From: Oscillospiraceae bacterium
Lineage (GTDB): Bacteria; Bacillota; Clostridia; Oscillospirales; CAG-272
Reading direction: 5' to 3'
Assembly (NCBI GenBank): GCA_015064065.1
Contig: SVSY01000002.1
Location: forward strand, 1 to 57,589
Length of the DNA: 57,589 nucleotides
Shown: positions 18,673-25,689 of the stretch, piece after piece
Layout: every line of letters begins with the position of its first letter
Numbering within the stretch: position 1 is the stretch's first letter
Notes under the pieces: generated by a model
The model's database searches: none
What the model saw: the letters and a program-made list of their open reading frames with translations, nothing else
Told to the model about the DNA's origin: nothing
Translations under genes and position numbers: made by a program

Positions 18673-21198
18673 TTACGGTGTTATTCTCAACTCTCCAGGA
18701 ATATAGCTTATAGAATAATTATGCTCTACCGAAATTCCACTTCTGTTCTTTATGGTTATTTCCGACACCCAAGACTCAGAGCAACCTATCTCGGTCTGCG
18801 AGCCGCCGAAGACTATAGAGCTTATGGTGTGACCGTCTGCAAGACTTCCGCCGGTCAGCTTATAGGAGGATGCCTTTATCTCACTGTCACTGAAAGGAGC
18901 GCTGACGTCGTCTATAGTTATTTCTATAGGACGCGGATATATCTTCATCTTTGCATATTCCTTGACCACCTTATACTCTGCGGTAACGTCCTTACCTTTT
19001 GCATCAAGCAGCTGTATCTCGTAGCGTATAGGCTCTTCTCCCACGGATACTAACGACTCGGTGCTCAGAAGCACGAGCTTAAGCCCCATTCTTTCAAATC
19101 CGCTCGTGGTACATCTTACACTGTTTATCTTGTGCTCAATACCGTCGAAAACAAACTCATACGTATCGCTTCCGTCGGGAGCAAAATTATTTACCGAAAT
19201 GACGTCGCGGTATATCTGGACCGTTCCCGTTCGCTGTGAAAATTCGAAGTTCTCCGTAACGTCCTCTCCGTGCGGATCGTATATCTTATAATCGACTATG
19301 CTTACCGAGTGCTTACCGTACTCGTAGGGCACCTCAGAAAATACGGGCTCGAAACGGTATCCTTCCGCGGCGTAGCTTTCAAATCCTCTGTAGGTGATCT
19401 TAGGAATTGCATTTCCATACTTTACGCTCGCGTTATTCACGGTTATATTGACAACGTCACTGTGCACTTCCGATCTGCTTCCGGTAACTTCGACCATCAT
19501 CCAGCCTATTCCGTCGAGATATACCTCTACCCACGCGTGTCGCATAGCGGGAGTTATCGCGGCTCTCATACCGCTAAGCGTAGAAACCGCAAACCCTTCA
19601 GTATATCTTGCGGGAATACCCATCGCTCTGTAGAGCGCGGTAGCCGCGGTAGCATAATGTCTGCATACTCCGCGCTTATATTCTGACAGAAATGCGACCG
19701 CTATATCCCCTTCCTCTTCGAGCGCAGGGTCAAAATCCAAGTCGTAATACGCGCTGTTCTTGATAAATTCCGCTACTCTGTATATCGTAGCACGGTCATT
19801 TCCGTAAAAGCCCTTTTGCTCTATTACGCTCTTCATATATGCAAGCGTATCCTCGGGGATGTAGGTATAGTTTTCGTAAACGTACGGACGGTAACCGCGC
19901 TCAAAATCCGACATCAACTCCCCCTCTTTCCTCGCTTCCACCTCCAAGTTTTCGGGAAGCATAAGCACTTCAACTTCATATTCCCTTAAGGACGAGCTAT
20001 AAAAAACGTCACTTGTTTGATCGTATTCCTGCGGATCACCCCTTAACGCCATATAGTACGGTAAGCCAAATCCATTATAGAGCCACGATACTTTCACCTT
20101 GTTTTTGAAGTCATCTGCATTCGCAAGGAACTGTGTCGTACCGTTTATTGCAGTACCCATAAGATAGTCGGCTGAACGTCCAAAAAAGGTTTTATCGTAT
20201 CTCTGAGCCTCTGCCCACGAATTACCCAAATAATCTCCAAAGCTTTGTTGCTTCAGATATATCTTTCCTCCCTTTGAGGACGTAACGTACGCAAGAGGTT
20301 GATCGTCCGAGTAAGAATCGGATTCGACCTTAAGCGTTCCCTCGCTTCTTATCACGTTGTAGTACTCATCTACCGACTTACCCGTAACTTCATCTACTAT
20401 CCGAACGTAATCGATGGTATTGGGAGACGAGCCTATGCCCTCCTGCCTTCCCGATATCTTGACGTCGTGTATCCTATGTCCCTCCAAAAGCACCCAATCG
20501 TCATATCCGTATTCATTGCACACAGCTACGTTGGGATATTGCGTGGTATACGAATAGGATTGTACCGTAAGATTGATCTTCGAGACCACGAGCAGTCCGT
20601 ATTCATTCTCGAAATCGTATTTGTAGCTAACGTCATTTCCCATAAGGTCGATGATCTTTACCGAGCAGGTGTTAAATGACGTTCCTATGGCTGTTTGCGA
20701 ACCCGTGACAACGGCACGAACGCGATCTCCGTTCATCAGCGCTTCGGGATTTGTAAGCGTACAGTTGTCACTCATAAGAGGACTTCCGTCGTATTCCTTG
20801 ACGGCTCCCTCGGTCTTGAATTTCAACGTTATCGGTTTTATTTCAAGGATACCGTGCTCTATAACTACGTTGTAATCGGCAGTAACGTCCGCTCCCATCT
20901 CGTCAATAATGGTAACGTAAAGGCGGTTTTCGCTTCTGCCGACACCCTCTTGAGATCCCGTAACGTTTACCTTCGCTTTGTGTCCCTCCTTGAGCTTACC
21001 GCTAAGCAACGAATAGCCGTTATCGGACAGTGTGCTTCCGTCATACACTATCCTTGCGCTATTGCTTCTAAACACAAGCGTTGGTTTTTCAGCAGACAGT
21101 GCGCCACTCAGGCAAAAGGAAATGATCGCAACGAGCATCAGCACGGCGCTTACTGTCAATATACAAATCAGTGTCAAAAATTTTGATTTTCTGAACAT
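18673..21198 (-). CDS. membrane-anchored transglutaminase-like (cysteine protease fold) protein flanked by MBG-like repeats
   Basis: An N-terminal TM (LTLICILTVSAVLMLVAIISFCL), three MBG-like repeats (IVYDGSTL, KEYDGSPL ...), a transglutaminase core GVCRHYATAATALYRAMGIPARYTEGF...HAWVEVYLDGIGWMMVEVTG (Cys near nt 19663, His/Asp near nt 19500-19545), then three more repeats. Confidence 0.75.
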   Translation of the reverse strand: MFRKSKFLTLICILTVSAVLMLVAIISFCLSGALSAEKPTLVFRSNSARIVYDGSTLSDNGYSLLSGKLKEGHKAKVNVTGSQEGVGRSENRLYVTIIDEMGADVTADYNVVIEHGILEIKPITLKFKTEGAVKEYDGSPLMSDNCTLTNPEALMNGDRVRAVVTGSQTAIGTSFNTCSVKIIDLMGNDVSYKYDFENEYGLLVVSKINLTVQSYSYTTQYPNVAVCNEYGYDDWVLLEGHRIHDVKISGRQEGIGSSPNTIDYVRIVDEVTGKSVDEYYNVIRSEGTLKVESDSYSDDQPLAYVTSSKGGKIYLKQQSFGDYLGNSWAEAQRYDKTFFGRSADYLMGTAINGTTQFLANADDFKNKVKVSWLYNGFGLPYYMALRGDPQEYDQTSDVFYSSSLREYEVEVLMLPENLEVEARKEGELMSDFERGYRPYVYENYTYIPEDTLAYMKSVIEQKGFYGNDRATIYRVAEFIKNSAYYDLDFDPALEEEGDIAVAFLSEYKRGVCRHYATAATALYRAMGIPARYTEGFAVSTLSGMRAAITPAMRHAWVEVYLDGIGWMMVEVTGSRSEVHSDVVNITVNNASVKYGNAIPKITYRGFESYAAEGYRFEPVFSEVPYEYGKHSVSIVDYKIYDPHGEDVTENFEFSQRTGTVQIYRDVISVNNFAPDGSDTYEFVFDGIEHKINSVRCTTSGFERMGLKLVLLSTESLVSVGEEPIRYEIQLLDAKGKDVTAEYKVVKEYAKMKIYPRPIEITIDDVSAPFSDSEIKASSYKLTGGSLADGHTISSIVFGGSQTEIGCSESWVSEITIKNRSGISVEHNYSISYIPGELRITP

Positions 21199-21228
21199 AA
21201 TTCCAAGCTTCTTTTCCGTTAAAGTTTA

Positions 21229-22356
21229 TTTTTAAGCATTTCTCATTATTCTGTGTATATGGTCCTTGCATATCGGCATAGCGTCCGCGCCAAAAAGCTC
21301 TTCCATATACGAGATAAGCTCCTCTGCACTGTTTCTGAAATATATCGGATTTTGCGCTTCAAGCTTTCTTATGACCTTCTTGGACAGTATATCGTCAAGC
21401 GCGGCAAGCTCTTCTCCTCCACACGCTATATACACCGGTATATACGTCCTTATCTGCTTCATTATTCGGTTTCCGAAGGTTACGTGGTAATTCTGTGCAA
21501 GATATCTGTCAAAGCTTTCAAGCCTCTTTTGATTTCTTCTGCTTACTCCGTATTCCTTTATCGCGTTCTCTACCATCTTCTCAAACTGCTCCGCCGATAC
21601 GTGCAGCTTCTCGGTCCTCGGTGCTGCGAACCTTTCGCTCTTTCTGTCAAGATCGAGCACCATCGCTCTGTCGTATACCTTATCGGATATCGCAAAGGTA
21701 GAGTCGTCGTTGTTTGCCGTTCCTATAAACCACATATTTACGGGCAGCTTTATTCTGCCGTCTATAAGCTGTACGGGGTCGCTCTCCCATTTGTCCGATA
21801 CTACGTCAAGATATCTCTCGTTCGGGTCGGGAAGCTCTAGCAACGACAGAAATTCCGCAAAATAATACTCCACTCTCGCAATATTCATCTCGTCGAGTAT
21901 CGTTACGTACATATCCTTGCTGTAATTTGCCTCGTACATCTTCTCAAGCAACAGCGTTTCGTTAAATCTCTTCGTAAATTCGTTATAATATCCTATCAGG
22001 TCGCTTCTTTCCTTCCATACCGGCTGTACGGGTATTACCACCGACGCATTGTCCAAAAATACTCCGAATGCGTGCGCGAGCGAGGTCTTTCCCGTTCCAG
22101 ACATTCCCTGCAATATAAGCATCCTCGATACGCCCATACTTGCTATAAATCTTCTTATATCCTCTATCTCATAGTACAGCTTCAGCTCGCTCGCCGCATA
22201 ATTCCGAAAGCTTTCGCACATATATTCAAGGCTTACGACGCCCTCGTATCTCTTCGCTCCGTACTTCTCTCTGTTTCTGTCTATCTCCGACAGCATACAA
22301 AATCTCTCGCCCGTCTCCTCTTGCTTTGTCTCCTTCGTTCTCGCACTGTCTGAGGC
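21229..22356 (-). repeat. 1128-bp direct repeat, copy A (3' 1122 nt of McrB-like gene 1 plus stop-proximal bases)
   Basis: Base-by-base comparison with 24361-25488 (offset 3132 nt) shows only three differences, at 21283, 21289 and 22264. Confidence 0.95.
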
Positions 22357-22641
22357 ATCGGAATGGGCAATAATTATATCTTCCTGCTCTCCGTCTTTTT
22401 TGCGACGCATCACAAGAAAAGATATAAGCAATACAACGAGCAATACCGTTATGAGCGCAACAAGTCCGACTATGATACCCGCTATATCCTTTCGGATACC
22501 GCTTTCGTCAAATATGCCGACCCTTACGACCATTTTAGACACTACTGCCCAAACGAGCATTGCCGAAGCGACTGCTATAAGAAGAAGCAAAAGCTTGATA
22601 CCTTTATTCAATTTTTTTCTTTCGCGTCTACCCTTTTTCAT
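21232..22641 (-). CDS. membrane-anchored McrB-family AAA+ NTPase, copy 1
   Basis: The N-terminal 95 aa contain a basic stretch (KKGRRERKK) and two TM helices. These are followed by Walker A LILQGMSGTGKTS (nt 22081-22110), Walker B VTILDEMN, and the McrB-type FIGTANNDDS...DRAMVLDL segment. The last 374 aa are identical to copy 2. Confidence 0.7.
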   Translation of the reverse strand: MKKGRRERKKLNKGIKLLLLLIAVASAMLVWAVVSKMVVRVGIFDESGIRKDIAGIIVGLVALITVLLVVLLISFLVMRRKKDGEQEDIIIAHSDASDSARTKETKQEETGERFCMLSEIDRNREKYGAKRYEGVVSLEYMCESFRNYAASELKLYYEIEDIRRFIASMGVSRMLILQGMSGTGKTSLAHAFGVFLDNASVVIPVQPVWKERSDLIGYYNEFTKRFNETLLLEKMYEANYSKDMYVTILDEMNIARVEYYFAEFLSLLELPDPNERYLDVVSDKWESDPVQLIDGRIKLPVNMWFIGTANNDDSTFAISDKVYDRAMVLDLDRKSERFAAPRTEKLHVSAEQFEKMVENAIKEYGVSRRNQKRLESFDRYLAQNYHVTFGNRIMKQIRTYIPVYIACGGEELAALDDILSKKVIRKLEAQNPIYFRNSAEELISYMEELFGADAMPICKDHIHRIMRNA

Positions 22642-22671
22642 AGCTTTCGTGACCCTTTGATATAATTGATA

Positions 22672-24342
22672 TTATTGCTTGCCTGCTTTGTTTATACGCT
22701 TGATATTCTTTGGAGAAAGTATTCTCTTTCTGATCTTTCTTTTGGTAATTCCCCATTGCTTTTCATAAAAGCTCACAAACGCCTCGTACTCACGCTCAAG
22801 ATCGCTAAAGCTTTCCCTGTCGCTGTAGTCGTCTCCTGCGCTCATCTCGCCGTGCTCAGCCTTGATAGCCTTTATACGCGCCTCAAGTAACAGATTTTTT
22901 TCTTCGAGCGCCCGAACTCCGCTGATATATTCCTCATACTCCGCACGCTTTTCGTCGGTAATGCGCTCCATATGCTCTATCTGGCGGTGATAGTTGTCGC
23001 GTTGCTCACTCATTTGGAGATTTATAGCCGCTATCTGCTCGTTGTGCCTTTCAACAAGACTTGCTATCTTCTCGTCGCAGTCCTTCTTAAAGCCCGCTAC
23101 GTACGCGAATCGCTTTTCTGCCGTATCCGCAAGCTGCACGTCAAGCTCTTCTATCCTTTCGTTAAGTCGCCCGATAGTTTCCTTGAGGTCGTTCTCGTTT
23201 TTCTTAAGAGAATCTATCTTGGAGTACAGCGGCTCTATCTTGGAGTTTTCGCTTTCGAGCATCTTAACGTGCTTCTCAAGCTCAAGAATATACTCGTCCG
23301 CAGAAAGCTCTGAGCGAAGCACCTTTTTTTTCACAAGCTCAAGCTGTTGTCTGTGACTTTCCAGCTCCGCCTGCTTTTTTCTCTGCTCGGCAAGCTCGTA
23401 TTCTCTCTTGAGCGACTCACTTATTCCAAGTCCGTGCTCGTAAGCGATAAAAGCAAGCACCGCTATGATCTCGGCACTTTCAGCACCAACGTCATTCGTC
23501 AGCGGAGATATTTTTTTCTCTCGCTCCTCGACCGTGTATCCGTCTCCCTCGTAGGATATCAAAAAATCATACAGCGCAACTGCACCCTTGAAGTTCTTGT
23601 CCATCTTCAGCACGTTCGTTTTGGTTATAGGAGGCTTTATCATCGCCACCTTTGAAACGCTCTCCATAAGCGGAGTGGAAAGAAAGCTCAAGATCGCGTT
23701 GAGTATCGCGGATATTCTCTCTATGATATCCTTCGACTCGTTGTTCTCGCGAAGATATCTGTCATCCTCCCGTTTTTCGTGAAGATCAACGGTATATCTT
23801 ATCTCTCTTTTGGCATAGAGGACACTGCCGCTCAGCTTCATAGCTCCGTCATACTGCGATGCAAGCTTTTGTATGTTCGTATATCTGAGCGTTACGAAAT
23901 CGCGCAGATAGCACAAAAGCATATACAGAAAGCGATTTTCATATACGTTATAATCGTTAAGACGCTCCAACGTGTAAAGTCCGTCGGGAACTAAGTTCTC
24001 GTCCTCCTTTGGATCGCGCGAAATAAGATTGCTGTGCCTTGCAAGGTGCTCTACCGAATCTCTCGAAACGTTTTTGACCTTTTCTATCGGCACTACCTCT
24101 CCCGAGGAGCGTATAAACTGTCTGTCTTCCTTTATCGCCTTCTCTATATGAACGAGTCCCTCTTCAATGGCATCTACCCAATCCTCGTTTATCTTACATA
24201 TCGGGCGTTTTACGACGATACTGTCTGCTCCGCACGCCAATGCATCGGCTACTGTCTTTGTAAAAGCTCTGCATTCAGCGTTCGAATTTATTTGCTTGCG
24301 GTATTCCGACAAGGCTCGGTAGTATATATCTAACTGACCCAT
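22672..24342 (-). CDS. McrC/DUF2357-like N-terminal domain fused to a ~200-aa coiled coil; no recognisable nuclease
   Basis: 556 aa. The N-terminal ~300 aa contain LVPDGLYTLERLNDYNVYENRFLYMLL, which resembles the '..tpENRF..' segment of McrC-like/DUF2357 partners of McrB ATPases. Residues ~310-520 are heptad-rich and charged (ELAEQRKKQAELESHRQQLELVKKK...). I found no D...(D/E)xK motif and no P-loop. Confidence 0.45.
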   Translation of the reverse strand: MGQLDIYYRALSEYRKQINSNAECRAFTKTVADALACGADSIVVKRPICKINEDWVDAIEEGLVHIEKAIKEDRQFIRSSGEVVPIEKVKNVSRDSVEHLARHSNLISRDPKEDENLVPDGLYTLERLNDYNVYENRFLYMLLCYLRDFVTLRYTNIQKLASQYDGAMKLSGSVLYAKREIRYTVDLHEKREDDRYLRENNESKDIIERISAILNAILSFLSTPLMESVSKVAMIKPPITKTNVLKMDKNFKGAVALYDFLISYEGDGYTVEEREKKISPLTNDVGAESAEIIAVLAFIAYEHGLGISESLKREYELAEQRKKQAELESHRQQLELVKKKVLRSELSADEYILELEKHVKMLESENSKIEPLYSKIDSLKKNENDLKETIGRLNERIEELDVQLADTAEKRFAYVAGFKKDCDEKIASLVERHNEQIAAINLQMSEQRDNYHRQIEHMERITDEKRAEYEEYISGVRALEEKNLLLEARIKAIKAEHGEMSAGDDYSDRESFSDLEREYEAFVSFYEKQWGITKRKIRKRILSPKNIKRINKAGKQ

Positions 24343-24360
24343 ACCGTATCTTCCTTTAAG

Positions 24361-25488
24361 TTTTTAAGCATTTCTCATTATTCTGTGTATATGGTCCTTG
24401 CATATCGGCATAGCATCCGCACCAAAAAGCTCTTCCATATACGAGATAAGCTCCTCTGCACTGTTTCTGAAATATATCGGATTTTGCGCTTCAAGCTTTC
24501 TTATGACCTTCTTGGACAGTATATCGTCAAGCGCGGCAAGCTCTTCTCCTCCACACGCTATATACACCGGTATATACGTCCTTATCTGCTTCATTATTCG
24601 GTTTCCGAAGGTTACGTGGTAATTCTGTGCAAGATATCTGTCAAAGCTTTCAAGCCTCTTTTGATTTCTTCTGCTTACTCCGTATTCCTTTATCGCGTTC
24701 TCTACCATCTTCTCAAACTGCTCCGCCGATACGTGCAGCTTCTCGGTCCTCGGTGCTGCGAACCTTTCGCTCTTTCTGTCAAGATCGAGCACCATCGCTC
24801 TGTCGTATACCTTATCGGATATCGCAAAGGTAGAGTCGTCGTTGTTTGCCGTTCCTATAAACCACATATTTACGGGCAGCTTTATTCTGCCGTCTATAAG
24901 CTGTACGGGGTCGCTCTCCCATTTGTCCGATACTACGTCAAGATATCTCTCGTTCGGGTCGGGAAGCTCTAGCAACGACAGAAATTCCGCAAAATAATAC
25001 TCCACTCTCGCAATATTCATCTCGTCGAGTATCGTTACGTACATATCCTTGCTGTAATTTGCCTCGTACATCTTCTCAAGCAACAGCGTTTCGTTAAATC
25101 TCTTCGTAAATTCGTTATAATATCCTATCAGGTCGCTTCTTTCCTTCCATACCGGCTGTACGGGTATTACCACCGACGCATTGTCCAAAAATACTCCGAA
25201 TGCGTGCGCGAGCGAGGTCTTTCCCGTTCCAGACATTCCCTGCAATATAAGCATCCTCGATACGCCCATACTTGCTATAAATCTTCTTATATCCTCTATC
25301 TCATAGTACAGCTTCAGCTCGCTCGCCGCATAATTCCGAAAGCTTTCGCACATATATTCAAGGCTTACGACGCCCTCGTATCTCTTCGCTCCGTATTTCT
25401 CTCTGTTTCTGTCTATCTCCGACAGCATACAAAATCTCTCGCCCGTCTCCTCTTGCTTTGTCTCCTTCGTTCTCGCACTGTCTGAGGC
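24361..25488 (-). repeat. 1128-bp direct repeat, copy B (3' part of McrB-like gene 2)
   Basis: See copy A. The differing bases are at 24415, 24421 and 25396. Confidence 0.95.
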
Positions 25489-25689
25489 GTTCTCAACGAT
25501 GATCTTCTGCTCGCGCTTGAGTTCCTTCGGTTCACCGAGCGCAAGAGAAAAAACGAGTATTGCAATGGCTGCAACTATAACGAGCAGATAAACGAGTATC
25601 GCCGTTCCCGAAAGCAGAAAATCAAGTGAAAACTTTGCCAAAGCACCCTTCAAAGCAATAGCCGTCACAGGTCCGTTAAAATTTACCAT
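24364..25689 (-). CDS. membrane-anchored McrB-family AAA+ NTPase, copy 2
   Basis: It has a different 67-aa N-terminus with one long hydrophobic segment (LDFLLSGTAILVYLLVIVAAIAILVFSLAL). From SDSARTKE... to the stop it is identical in protein to copy 1 (Walker A at nt 25213-25242). Its ATG shares 1 nt with the upstream TGA (cTGATGg). Confidence 0.7.
   Translation of the reverse strand: MVNFNGPVTAIALKGALAKFSLDFLLSGTAILVYLLVIVAAIAILVFSLALGEPKELKREQKIIVENASDSARTKETKQEETGERFCMLSEIDRNREKYGAKRYEGVVSLEYMCESFRNYAASELKLYYEIEDIRRFIASMGVSRMLILQGMSGTGKTSLAHAFGVFLDNASVVIPVQPVWKERSDLIGYYNEFTKRFNETLLLEKMYEANYSKDMYVTILDEMNIARVEYYFAEFLSLLELPDPNERYLDVVSDKWESDPVQLIDGRIKLPVNMWFIGTANNDDSTFAISDKVYDRAMVLDLDRKSERFAAPRTEKLHVSAEQFEKMVENAIKEYGVSRRNQKRLESFDRYLAQNYHVTFGNRIMKQIRTYIPVYIACGGEELAALDDILSKKVIRKLEAQNPIYFRNSAEELISYMEELFGADAMPICKDHIHRIMRNA

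Noticed and set aside
22672-24342. SMC/Rad50-like ATPase, because of the long coiled coil.
   Set aside because: I found no Walker A/B or signature motif at either end. The globular part is only N-terminal and looks McrC/DUF2357-like.
21229-25488. The 1.13-kb direct repeats as ends of a composite transposon or IS element.
   Set aside because: The repeats are the coding 3' portions of two ATPase genes. There are no terminal inverted repeats and no transposase or integrase ORF, and the sequence between them is an in-operon gene with normal junctions.
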